Made by a program: the position numbers and the translations under genes. DNA of 64,000 nt from an uncultured archaeon (GTDB lineage: Archaea; Thermoproteota; Bathyarchaeia; Bathyarchaeales; Bathycorpusculaceae). Every line of letters begins with the position of its first letter. Within the stretch, counting starts at the first letter, position 1. The notes beneath the pieces were generated by a model, which was not told the DNA's origin, made no database searches, and worked only from the letters and a program-made list of their open reading frames with translations. This document shows positions 9,978-19,942 of this stretch, piece after piece. The stretch covers positions 32,001 to 96,000 of the forward strand of contig CAWALK010000024.1 of the NCBI GenBank assembly GCA_963782915.1, written 5' to 3'.

Positions 9978-10457
9978 TCAGTGCCCCCACACATCGATGT
10001 CTTCACCCACAGTATAGAGAAAAGTGCTCGCCGAAGGTGGCCCCAACCATTTAAAATTGTTAACAAGCGTCTTCACAGCTTTCGCATAATTGTCTGATTT
10101 GTCGATGCTGTCGAGGTATTTTTGGAATGAACCGTACTGTTTTTCGATGGCTGTGAAGGTTTGGGCGTTACGGATTATCGCTTTGATTTTGCCTCTGTTT
10201 CGGATTATGCCGCTGTCTTTCAGTAGGCATTCTACGTCTTCATCAGTGAAGCAAGCGACTTTTTGAATATCAAAATTTAGGAAGGCTTCTTTTATGGTGG
10301 ACCATTTCTTGTCAACTACTTGCCAGTTTAAGCCCGCTTGAAAAATTACTCGGCACATATTCTCAAAATACGCCGCATCGTTTGCGGGCCGTTTATTTCT
10401 GTACCACCAATCAGGCGGCTGCCAACTTTCATGTTCCTGCTGCATAGACGTTGCCAT
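9978..10457 (-). CDS. DNA-3-methyladenine glycosylase I family protein (paralogue)
   Basis: FQAGLNW, IIRNRGKI.A.I.NA and FKWLGP motifs. Confidence 0.88.
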   Translation of the reverse strand: MATSMQQEHESWQPPDWWYRNKRPANDAAYFENMCRVIFQAGLNWQVVDKKWSTIKEAFLNFDIQKVACFTDEDVECLLKDSGIIRNRGKIKAIIRNAQTFTAIEKQYGSFQKYLDSIDKSDNYAKAVKTLVNNFKWLGPPSASTFLYTVGEDIDVWGH

Positions 10458-10629
10458 TGAAGCTCACTAAAGATTAGGGGTTTAGTGGCTTGATTTAAGC
10501 AGTTGTGGTAGCGCCGACACACCCACTGCCTGCTTTCACTTTCATCGACCCCTCTGCTGATTGGTAAAGTCGTTTCTGGAATTGCCTTAAAAGAGATTTC
10601 AACTGATTGAAAAGCCTGGTGAATATGGT

Positions 10630-10965
10630 ATGTTTAAGGGGAACTCTGGCAAACTCATGGTTTATACTTCAACGGGTCTTCCAAGCAAAGAACGCTTAGA
10701 ATCCGTACGAGACGCAGCCAAAGAAACAGCGAAACGGTTGAATCTGGATTTTGAAATTGTACGTTTCGAGCGATCAAGTACCCCAATATATGTTTACTAT
10801 GAAGAAAACGATGGGGAACCAATCCCACTCTACTGTGACGAAGGCAAAATTTCAGGTTATGAGGAAATAAGCAGTGCCTTGAGGCACATGATGTTTGTTT
10901 TGTCTTTCCATCCTAAGCATCTGGCGTTGGCTCAGATGCGGGGCGAATTGCTTAAACTTTCCTAA
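10630..10965 (+). CDS. Hypothetical protein
   Basis: 111 aa ORF with GGTGA RBS-like sequence. Confidence 0.7.
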   Translation: MFKGNSGKLMVYTSTGLPSKERLESVRDAAKETAKRLNLDFEIVRFERSSTPIYVYYEENDGEPIPLYCDEGKISGYEEISSALRHMMFVLSFHPKHLALAQMRGELLKLS

Positions 10966-11275
10966 ACCTTATCGCTTGGTTCTCAAGCATAACCTCATAG
11001 ACTTGGTTAACATCAAAGGTTATGCCTAAACTGTCGTATTCATGCTCGGTTAGGAACAGTATGATTTTTGGCGTTGCCATCTGTTGGCGTTGCGGTAGAA
11101 ACGGCATTTGGGTTTGAAGCGCCTGCATGATATCCTGCGCCATCTTCGCTTCGTCGGATTGCGGCCTTACAATGTAGGGATTAACTTCGCGCTCTTCAAG
11201 CAGTTCGATTCTTTTTCCAAGGTTGCCATCTAAGTCGCGGGTGGATTCGATTTTGTTCACTCGTACGCGAAACAA
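10952..11275 (-). CDS. Arcadin-1-like protein
   Basis: Pattern D.DG...KRIELLEERE...Q.MP....PKIILFLTEHEY..LG..FDV...E resembles Pyrobaculum arcadin-1 as recalled; not searched. Confidence 0.75.
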   Translation of the reverse strand: MFRVRVNKIESTRDLDGNLGKRIELLEEREVNPYIVRPQSDEAKMAQDIMQALQTQMPFLPQRQQMATPKIILFLTEHEYDSLGITFDVNQVYEVMLENQAIRFRKV

Positions 11276-11362
11276 GCGTTATACACTCCTGTTCATAAGG
11301 ATAAGATAGTCACAGATTTAAACTATTTACAGAAACCGCAAAGCCGCTACTTGCTGGGTGCT

Positions 11363-11932
11363 TCAGGGTTCGGGTTTGGCTTGTTTTTTCAGTTGGGCAA
11401 TCCTTGCATCGATGTCTGCTAAACGTTCCCTCATCGATTTCATGCCCTCTATGAGGTGCGTGCGTTGATGTTCAAGCTCTGGCAGAGCTATTTCGCAGTT
11501 TTTGTCTTCGAGAAAAGCGCTAAACGGTGAGGGCATGGGCATTTTAGCTGTTGTTTGTACGTTGAGTACTTCTCGGGCGAATTCGTTGAAGAGGCCGCTG
11601 ATGTTGGTGAATATTTCGCTTTGTTTTACGATGGCGTGTTTGAGGATGGCGTCGCCTGATTGGGTTGTTTTGTAGATTTTTAGGCGTCTGTTTTTTTGGG
11701 TTTCCCAGTGGCCTTTGATGTAGTCACATTTTTCCAGGTCTCGAAGGATGGGGTAGACGCCGCCTGCTGTGGGTTGCCAGAAGCCTTTGGTTCGGCTGTT
11801 GATTTCTTTCATGAGTTCGTAGCCGTGGGAGGGTTTTTTGTTGAGTAGCATTAGGACGCCCATGCGTATGTAGCCTTTTTGCGCTTCTTTCATCCAGTTT
11901 TGTGTGGTCTGGTCTTGGGTTTCAGGCTTCAT
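11363..11932 (-). CDS. PadR family transcriptional regulator
   Basis: HGYELMK, GGVYPILRDLE and K.Y..T..G. Confidence 0.92.
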   Translation of the reverse strand: MKPETQDQTTQNWMKEAQKGYIRMGVLMLLNKKPSHGYELMKEINSRTKGFWQPTAGGVYPILRDLEKCDYIKGHWETQKNRRLKIYKTTQSGDAILKHAIVKQSEIFTNISGLFNEFAREVLNVQTTAKMPMPSPFSAFLEDKNCEIALPELEHQRTHLIEGMKSMRERLADIDARIAQLKKQAKPEP

Positions 11933-12009
11933 GGGTCTTTCGAACGTATAGTATCTATAGGTAATACTTATATTTTACCGCAATATATTGCAGTCAACAA
12001 TATACAAGA

Positions 12010-13053
12010 GTGGTCTCTACAATGGATAACGGTAACATAATCGAAGTAAAGAACTTGACCAAAACATTCGGTAAGTTCACAGCCGTAGATGACATCAGTT
12101 TTGAGGTAAAAAAAGGCGAAATCTTCGGCTTACTAGGCCCCAACGGCGCAGGCAAAAGCACCACACTACGCATGCTCTCCACGCTTTCACGGCCAACCAA
12201 GGGCACAGCCACCATCGGCGGCTATGACACAGTAAAGCATGACATGGAAGTCCGAAACTTAATCGGCATAGTCTCAGAAAAGATGATCATCTACAACCGC
12301 TTAACCGCAAGAGAAAACCTGCGGTTCTTCGGCAACCTATTCAACATCCCCAAAGACACCTTAAACAAAAGAATCGATGAATTACTCGATCTTGTCCAGT
12401 TAAACAAGTTCAAGGATGCTCAAGTGGGAACGTTCTCAACTGGCATGCGCCAAAGAATGAACGTTGTACGTGCATTGCTAAACATGCCGCAGGTGCTCTT
12501 CTTGGATGAACCAACCCTGGGCTTGGATCCCCAGTCTTCAGTGGAAATCCGCGAATTCGTAAGGAAACTCAACCAAGAACAAGGAACCACAGTCATCATA
12601 ACCACCCACATGATGCTTGACGCTGATTTACTCTGCGACCGCATAGCCATCGTTGACCACGGAAAAATCATCGCATTAGACACTTCCACTAATCTCAAAA
12701 AGATAATTTCAGGAGCAGACACCATGGTTGTAAAACTTGAAATCTCAAACCTAACGCCCGAAATGACAACAACCATAAAAGAACTCAAATGCGCAGACGC
12801 AGTAACCCAAGAAAACTCCACAACCCTACATGTTATCGTTCATGGTGGCGACGCCTTCGATAACATTGTCGATGCAGTCCGAAAGAAAGACGGAAAAATC
12901 ACATCAATGGCAAACCTGCAACCATCACTGGAAGACGTTTTCCTGCACATAACTGGGCACGAAGTCCGTGATAGCGCTGACCAAAAAATTCCCATGGTAG
13001 AGCAGGGACCTGGTAGAAGGTTTGGTGGCGGATCACAGAAGAGAGTAAGGTGA
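12010..13053 (+). CDS. ABC transporter ATP-binding protein (DrrA/multidrug type)
   Basis: GPNGAGKST, FSTGMRQR, LDEPTLGLDP and SLEDVFL..TG. Confidence 0.95.
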   Translation: MVSTMDNGNIIEVKNLTKTFGKFTAVDDISFEVKKGEIFGLLGPNGAGKSTTLRMLSTLSRPTKGTATIGGYDTVKHDMEVRNLIGIVSEKMIIYNRLTARENLRFFGNLFNIPKDTLNKRIDELLDLVQLNKFKDAQVGTFSTGMRQRMNVVRALLNMPQVLFLDEPTLGLDPQSSVEIREFVRKLNQEQGTTVIITTHMMLDADLLCDRIAIVDHGKIIALDTSTNLKKIISGADTMVVKLEISNLTPEMTTTIKELKCADAVTQENSTTLHVIVHGGDAFDNIVDAVRKKDGKITSMANLQPSLEDVFLHITGHEVRDSADQKIPMVEQGPGRRFGGGSQKRVR

Positions 13054-13059
13054 TAGAAC

Positions 13060-14243
13060 ATGACCGCAACTACTATTATTAAACACAGTTTCAGAATTGC
13101 ACAAAAAGACCTAACAGAGTTGTTCCGTAACAGATTGGGCTTAGTATTGCTTATCGTTATGCCACTGTTCATGATGGTTATGGTTGGCTTCATTTACCCA
13201 TCTAACGGCACGATAAATGATTTGCAAATTGGTGTTGTCAACCAAGACACAGGTTTCCAAGGGCATTTCGAGCCAAGTCAAGGTTTCTTGACGGGTCTGA
13301 ACCAAATCAACAATCAAACCCACATGCTCATAATGACCGATTTGAATAGCACAGTTGACCTTACCGATCAAGTGCAAAGAGGAGTGTTAGAAGGCGGCAT
13401 AGTTATTCCCGCCAACTTCTCGAGAGCATAATGTCTGGACAGCAAGGCACCATCATTGTAGTCAGTGACGAATCTAACCCGCAAATCTCTGCCACCATAC
13501 AAGGCGCATTAAAAGGCGTCTTTGGCGCAATGAGCACACAATTAGCCATACACAATGTAGCGCCGCTCAACGCAACCAACTCTTTGGCAGTCGTTCAACC
13601 CTACACCGTAAAAACCCAAGGCGTCGTCTCAGGTAACCCAAGCTACTTCGACTTCATCGCACCAGGCATCATGGCAATGACTGTTATGATGAGTGTCATG
13701 ACTGGTTTACCAGTAGCTATTTCACAAGAGAAAGAAATGGGCACAATGGACGGCATGATGGTTGCACCAGTAAACAGACTATCAATACTGTTGGGCAAGA
13801 CAATGGCACAGACAGGCAGAGGCTTAATCCAAGGTGTCATAATCTTGGCGTTGGCAATCGGCATATTCGGAGTCGCCATACAAGGAAGCATACTGCTCGT
13901 GTTCGCGCTACTACTGCTCGGAGTGTTTAGCTTCGTTGGATTGGGCATAGTAATCACATCGTTCACTAAAGACCAAGAAACCGCTCAGATGCTAATGATG
14001 ACACTGATGTTCCCAATGATGTTCCTCTCCGGAGTGTTCTTCCCGATACAGCAGATGCCCTGGTACATGCAGACAATATCGCATTTCCTGCCACTAACAT
14101 ACGCAGCTGATGCATTACGAAAAGTCATGGTACTAGGCGCAGGTGTCCCACAGATAACCAACGAACTCATAATCCTCATAGGCTTTGGCATAGTAATGAT
14201 TGCAATCGCTTTGCCAGTGTTCAAACGGATGATGACACGATAG
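13060..14243 (+). CDS. ABC-2 type permease (split near 13430)
   Basis: EKEMGT, FLSGVFFP and LPLTYAADALR. Confidence 0.9.
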
Positions 14244-14253
14244 GAGAACCAAA

Positions 14254-14400
14254 ATGAGCACACTCTGTAACAAATGCCCCTTCTTTCAACTTGCCCCTCT
14301 TTTGAGGCGCAAAAACGCCCGCAAACGCTGCCGCATTGAACCACAACGTCAACTGCGCATCTATGAATGCAAAGATTACCCCAAAAAACAGCAAAAATAG
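14254..14400 (+). CDS. Small Cys/Arg-rich protein (48 aa; not in ORF track)
   Basis: AGGAGA RBS, MSTLCNKCPFF...RCR...YECKDYPKKQQK, followed by a T-tract. Confidence 0.5.
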   Translation: MSTLCNKCPFFQLAPLLRRKNARKRCRIEPQRQLRIYECKDYPKKQQK

Positions 14401-14401
14401 C

Positions 14402-14425
14402 CTTTTTTTCTTTTTTTAGTTTTTT
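14402..14425 (+). terminator. Oligo-T archaeal-type terminator
   Basis: Three T-runs immediately after the stop at 14400. Confidence 0.5.
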
Positions 14426-14426
14426 G

Positions 14427-14467
14427 CTTGTTGCTCTCAGCGGACCCCCCTCCCCTTACATAAAGCC
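14427..14467 (-). repeat. Dispersed repeat module B
   Basis: Reverse complement: tttatgtaaggggag, G-run, tccgctgagagcaacaag. Confidence 0.65.
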
Positions 14468-14562
14468 AAAATTATTGCTCTAAACGCTGTATAGGCTAGC
14501 GCCCCAATGGATTGCAAAAATGATAATACCCAGTTGCACCACATCCATGCAGGGAAACAGCA

Positions 14563-15105
14563 GTGTCCACCGCAAAACCCCAAAAAAGAAACAGAAAAAC
14601 CCTCGCCTTAATCGCAGCTTACATAGCTATCTTGGCGTTTGCAAGCATTCTAATTCCCTATGATCTCTGGTTCATCTTAGCCGCCTTCTTCGTAGCCAGC
14701 CTCATCATCCTTGTCTCTTGGATCAAAAAAGTTAACCCCCACAAAATACTGACCGCTTTCGTTGCTGCAAACATAGTTTTAGACATAATAGCCATAGTGA
14801 TTTGGGCTGGAGCGCCTGCTACGCAGTGGAGCATCTACCAGTTAGGATTCACAATCGTGGGCACGGAAGCAGCCATAGCCGCAGTGTTGTTTACTGTGGC
14901 ATTATTTGGGTTGTTGAAAAAGAAGAAATGGGCACCCTACCTCGCCCTCATCGTAACTATTAATCAGCGGGTGTTTGCGACCTACGTGTTCTTTCCGAGC
15001 ACCGCAATCGGAGTAACGCTAATTTGGAGTCTGATAATAATTTACTTTGCTTATAGCGACATAATCAAAAACCAAACACTAAACAAAACCAAAATAACCA
15101 CCTAA
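14563..15105 (+). CDS. Multi-pass membrane protein
   Basis: 180 aa with about 6 hydrophobic segments. Confidence 0.75.
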   Translation: MSTAKPQKRNRKTLALIAAYIAILAFASILIPYDLWFILAAFFVASLIILVSWIKKVNPHKILTAFVAANIVLDIIAIVIWAGAPATQWSIYQLGFTIVGTEAAIAAVLFTVALFGLLKKKKWAPYLALIVTINQRVFATYVFFPSTAIGVTLIWSLIIIYFAYSDIIKNQTLNKTKITT

Positions 15106-15145
15106 AAAATCCAAAAAAAAGAAGGATTGAGGGATAGCTTGTCGC

Positions 15146-15931
15146 TTATGTTGGCGGGGTTACTACTGTTACTTCGCGGACCAGTATTGTGCCGGAGGTT
15201 TCTGTTTGGCCGCCGATCCATGTGGGTATATTGATTCGGACCCATGCGGGAACATCGTAATGTGTTGTTGTGATTTTGAAGCCGCTCTGTAATGTGAAGG
15301 TTTCTTGGTGGTAGAAGCTGTCGGCGACTCCCCGGAACATCAATGCCATTGCGGGGACGGTTAGGTTTGTGCCGAAGACGGCCGGTGGAAGGTTGGTGAA
15401 GTCAAGGGCAACTGGCACGGTCAGATTAGCATTAAGCACAGTGTCTTCATCCCCATGGGCTGATTCTACCCATACATCTAGCTGGTTGTCGGCTACAATT
15501 TTGAAGTTATTGCGAATCACGGTTCCGTTTACTTCAAGATAGATTGCTGTGTTGTTCCAGACGGCTTTCATTTGGTCGACGGGTGGTTGGTCAAGAATTA
15601 TTGCCATGGGATTGTAGATGTTGAGCGAGGGAATCCACACATAGAAGAACAAAGCATCTGTGTAGTTACGAGTGGCATTGTAATCGTAGATTACAAGTCT
15701 TATGTCAGTGGGGCGACCAGCCAAAGCTCCGCCGCCCGGAGGCAAACTGACGATGACATTTCCAACCGTTGTCGAGGCAGGAGGCACATTTTGGTCTGTT
15801 GCAGGAGGAAAACGGGTGGCTAAAGCAGAATTCAGCGCTGCAGCCAATAGAGTGACAAGACAAAAAGATACAACGAATCCATAAAAAAGTTTTTTGTTCA
15901 TCGTTGTTCCCTGCTGTTGCAAGAGAACCAT
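15146..15931 (-). CDS. Secreted hypothetical protein
   Basis: Signal-like MNKKLFYGFVV (probable start 15901); many N-x-T sequons. Confidence 0.7.
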   Translation of the reverse strand: MVLLQQQGTTMNKKLFYGFVVSFCLVTLLAAALNSALATRFPPATDQNVPPASTTVGNVIVSLPPGGGALAGRPTDIRLVIYDYNATRNYTDALFFYVWIPSLNIYNPMAIILDQPPVDQMKAVWNNTAIYLEVNGTVIRNNFKIVADNQLDVWVESAHGDEDTVLNANLTVPVALDFTNLPPAVFGTNLTVPAMALMFRGVADSFYHQETFTLQSGFKITTTHYDVPAWVRINIPTWIGGQTETSGTILVREVTVVTPPT

Positions 15932-15999
15932 TAATTACATCAAATTCATATACAGTAGTCAGTCGAAAAAAATACGACTATACTTTTGGAGCAGAAACA

Positions 16000-16830
16000 A
16001 TGCCTCAGAACGGGGTTCTCCAAACATTGACCAATCTTGGGTTTGACCCTGTCGACGCCCAAGTATACCTCTTCTTGGCAAAGCAAGGGCTCCAAAAAGC
16101 AAGCACCATAACCCAAACCCTAACCTTAACCAAACAACAAATCTACCCGAGCTTAAAGCGGCTCCAACACAGAGGCATCGTTATCTCCACCCTTGAGCAT
16201 CCCGCACGCTTTACAGCCATACCATTTGAGCAAGTGCTTGATTTATTCATTAAATCGCGAATAGAAGAAGCCCAAAGTATTCAACAAAGAAAAAAAGAAA
16301 TACTTTCCAGCTGGCAATCTTGCCAGACTCAACAACCCGACGACACCTCCAAATTTGCCGTTATAGCAGGCCAAAAGAATGTGTACGCCAGAATTCGACA
16401 GATAATGCAACAAGCAACTAGAAGCATAGCGATTATTTCGCCAGTTTGGGATTTGATTCGCGCAGACCAATTCGGCGTCTTTAGCCACATAAGTTGTGGG
16501 TTAAACCAGAGGCGGATTAGCGTTCGTTTTTTGACAGAAGTTTCTTCCGAGAACATAGCTGTATTGAAAACTTTGCTTGCGGTAATAGACAGCGAAAGAT
16601 TTATTGCGGAAGGAAAGACACTGCAAGCGGGGTTGGGTTTGTTTCCTAAAATGGTGCTGCAAGATAACGATCAAGCCATGTTCTTCATCAACGGCAAGGC
16701 TGGAGAGCAGTTTGAAGCTTGTTTTTGGACAAATTGCGACTCTTTAGTTTTTGCGTTCAAGGGTATGTTTGATGCATTTTGGAGCAAGGGAACAGACATC
16801 CGTAGCAGAATGTGGGAACTGGAAGTTTAA
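16000..16830 (+). CDS. TrmB family transcriptional regulator
   Basis: LGF...AQVYLFL, IY.SLKRL..RGIV and HPARF.AIP; C-terminal effector-type domain. Confidence 0.85.
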   Translation: MPQNGVLQTLTNLGFDPVDAQVYLFLAKQGLQKASTITQTLTLTKQQIYPSLKRLQHRGIVISTLEHPARFTAIPFEQVLDLFIKSRIEEAQSIQQRKKEILSSWQSCQTQQPDDTSKFAVIAGQKNVYARIRQIMQQATRSIAIISPVWDLIRADQFGVFSHISCGLNQRRISVRFLTEVSSENIAVLKTLLAVIDSERFIAEGKTLQAGLGLFPKMVLQDNDQAMFFINGKAGEQFEACFWTNCDSLVFAFKGMFDAFWSKGTDIRSRMWELEV

Positions 16831-17083
16831 AGCCGATTTGTTGGCAGAATTCATGTTAATACACTGCTAATCAACTAAACCGATGATGCGACATGTTTTA
16901 GCTGAGTATGAGACTAGACACTGATAGAACGTAACTAAAATATTCTTATCGCAAATGTAACCAGTTGAGCGTTCTAACAAGGGGCTATGGAATTAGAGTT
17001 TAACAACGGCTATTTTTTTAATTAATCCAGTTACGGTTTTATATGCAACAAAGAGCATACAACTGGAAAAGAAGAGATTACTC

Positions 17084-18526
17084 ATGTCTGATACTGGGGT
17101 AACCGTAAAGAAAAACGTCGACTTTAGCGAATGGTACGTTGAAGTTGTCCTAAAAGCAGAATTAGCCGATTACGCGCCTGTCAAGGGCTGCATGATCATC
17201 CGCCCAGACGCCTACGCTGTTTGGGAAAAAATCCAGGAAGTAGTAAACCAAAAAATCAAAGCAACAGGTCATAGAAACGCCTATTTCCCAATGTTCATCC
17301 CCGAAGCATTCCTCAAAAAAGAGGCAGAACACTTTGCTGGGTTCACTCCCGAAGTCGCGTGGATCACACAGGGCGGCGACACCCCACTAGACGAGAAATT
17401 GGCGGTGCGTCCAACCAGCGAAACCATCATGTACAGCATGTACAGCAAATGGATTAGAAGCTGGAGAGACCTACCACTCAAAATCAACCAATGGTGCAAC
17501 ATCGTACGATGGGAAACCAAAGCCACCAAACTCTTCTTGCGCACCCGAGAATTTCTCTGGCAGGAAGGCCACACAGCACACGCAACCGCCGAAGAAGCAG
17601 AAGCTGAAGTTATGTGGGCACTCAACATGTACAAAGATGTTGTAGAAAACTACCTTGCCATCCCAGTAGTTTTGGGCACGAAGAGCGAGAGTGAAAAATT
17701 TGCAGGCGCCAACTACACCACAGCACTCGAATCCATCATGCCCGACGGCAAAGCCCTCCAAATGGGAACAAGCCACAATCTTGGGCAGCACTTCGCCAAG
17801 GTCTTTGACGTAAAATACATCGGCGAAGACAAAGTTGACCACTTCGTCTGGCAAACCAGTTGGGGCATCACCACACGCCTCATCGGAGCCATGATTATGG
17901 TTCACGGAGACGACAAGGGTTTGGTTATGCCGCCTAAAGTTGCGCCAACACAGGTTGTCATCGTCCCTATCCCATTCAAAGGCTTAGAAGCAGAAGCTAT
18001 CGCAGCTAAAACTAAAGAAATCGAAGCCACACTCAAAGCCAGAGGCATCAGCGTAATCCTCGACGACCGCCAAGAATACACGCCAGGCTGGAAATTCCAC
18101 CAATGGGAACTCAAAGGCATCCCAATCCGCATCGAACTCGGCCCAAGAGACCTCAAAGGCAGCCAAGTAGTCATGGTCAGACGCGACACCGGAGTAAAAA
18201 CACCAGTTGCCAACGCAGACATCCCCGCAACCGTCGATAAACTGCTCCAAGACATACAGGATAACCTACTAGCTAAAGCCAAAGCCATCCTCGCAGACAA
18301 AACCACCCTCGTAGCAAACTACGACGAATTCAAACAGGTGGTTGAGGGCAAAGGCGGCTTTATAAAAGCAGCATGGTGCAATAATCCTGAATGCGAAGCC
18401 AAAATTAAAGACCAAACAGGCGCAACCATCCGAGTACGGCCATTCCAAAAGGAAGAGGCAAAAACCGGCTGTGTCTATTGTGGTAAGGAAGCTAAAGAAG
18501 TAGTTTACTTCGCACGCTCCTACTAA
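17084..18526 (+). CDS. proS: Proline--tRNA ligase (archaeal/eukaryotic type)
   Basis: RPTSET, FLRTREFLWQEGH, QTSWG and terminal ARSY. Confidence 0.98.
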   Translation: MSDTGVTVKKNVDFSEWYVEVVLKAELADYAPVKGCMIIRPDAYAVWEKIQEVVNQKIKATGHRNAYFPMFIPEAFLKKEAEHFAGFTPEVAWITQGGDTPLDEKLAVRPTSETIMYSMYSKWIRSWRDLPLKINQWCNIVRWETKATKLFLRTREFLWQEGHTAHATAEEAEAEVMWALNMYKDVVENYLAIPVVLGTKSESEKFAGANYTTALESIMPDGKALQMGTSHNLGQHFAKVFDVKYIGEDKVDHFVWQTSWGITTRLIGAMIMVHGDDKGLVMPPKVAPTQVVIVPIPFKGLEAEAIAAKTKEIEATLKARGISVILDDRQEYTPGWKFHQWELKGIPIRIELGPRDLKGSQVVMVRRDTGVKTPVANADIPATVDKLLQDIQDNLLAKAKAILADKTTLVANYDEFKQVVEGKGGFIKAAWCNNPECEAKIKDQTGATIRVRPFQKEEAKTGCVYCGKEAKEVVYFARSY

Positions 18527-18649
18527 ACCAACCTTTTCTTAATTTTTCTTTTTTATGTCTCGAGGTTCAATAGCGGGCATGCTACATGTTTCATATAAGG
18601 AATGTTTATTTTTTGGGCTAGCAAGTGTTCTGGATACAGGTGAGGGCAT

Positions 18650-19895
18650 CTGACAAACGTTAAAGTAACCAAACGCGCGAGCAACATCGAATATGCAATA
18701 CGCGACGTCATAGTCCATACACAAGACCTCATTAAGAATGGACGAAAAATCTATTACCTAAACATCGGCGACCCCGCCGCATTTGACTATAAAACTCCAA
18801 CTTACGTCAAAGCAGCCCTCTGCAAAGCAATCGAAGAGGACAACAACTATTATTCACCCTCAGAAGGCCGTCCTGAGCTTCGAGAGGCGATTGTTAAAAA
18901 AGAAAAGAGAGTTAACGGCGTAGACATAACCGCCGACAAAGTACTCATAACAGAAGGCATCTCCGAAGGCATCGAGATGCTCCTGGCGGGAATAGTTGAA
19001 AAAGGCGACGAAATCCTATTCCCAGGCCCAACCTATTCACCCTACATCGCCTACACTAAATTCTTCGAAGGCACCCCAGTCGCATATGAAACCATCGAGA
19101 AAGAAGGCTGGGTACCCAACATCGACGATTTACGCAACAAAATCTCACCCAAAACCAAAGCCATCGTAATCACTAACCCCAACAACCCAACCGGCAGCGT
19201 GTATAGCGAAAAATACCTCAAAGAAATAATCGACATCGCAGGCGAAAACAACCTCCCAATCATCAGCGACGAAATCTACGACCAACTAACCTACGAAAAA
19301 CCATTCGTCAGCACCGCAGCACTCACAAACGACGTGCCAATAATTGGCTTAAACGGCTTCTCCAAAGTCTACCAAATGACCGGCTGGCGATTGGGCTACA
19401 TGTACTTTAAAGGCCAAGGCAAAATACTCGACGACCTCAAAATGGGCGTAGAGAAGCAATGCCGCATCCGACTCTGCGCCAACACACCAGTCCAAATCGC
19501 AGGAGCCGCAGCACTCAACGGTCCACAAGGCTTCGTAAAAGGCATCGTAGAGAAGCTTAAGCAACGCCGCGACTACGCCTACAAACGCCTAAACGAAATC
19601 GAAGGCGTCTCCACCACCAAGCCTGAAGGCGCATTCTACATTTTCCCAAAAATCGAAGACGTCGGCGAAGGCAAACGCTGGAAAAACGACTTGGAATTCG
19701 TTATTCAGCTCCTCAAAGAAACAGGCGTCCTAATCGTTAACGGCTCAGGCTTCGATCCAGTGTATGGCAAAGACCACGTCCAGAATCGTGTTTTTGCCTC
19801 CGATTGAGGAATTGGAGCAGGCGTTTGATGCGATGGAAGAGTTCATGAAGAATAAAGAGGAAAAGCAAAGCCGCAGCCATGTTGGTTACGGCTAA
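18650..19895 (+). CDS. Class I/II PLP aminotransferase (alanine aminotransferase-like); CTG start; C-terminal indel
   Basis: In-frame extension IEYAIRD...LNIGDP upstream of the listed ORF; NPNNPTG, SDEIY and SKVYQMTGWRLG. Confidence 0.9.
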
Positions 19896-19942
19896 AACCC
19901 TTAATTCATTATTTTTATGAAAAATAAAGAAAAGAAGAAAGT

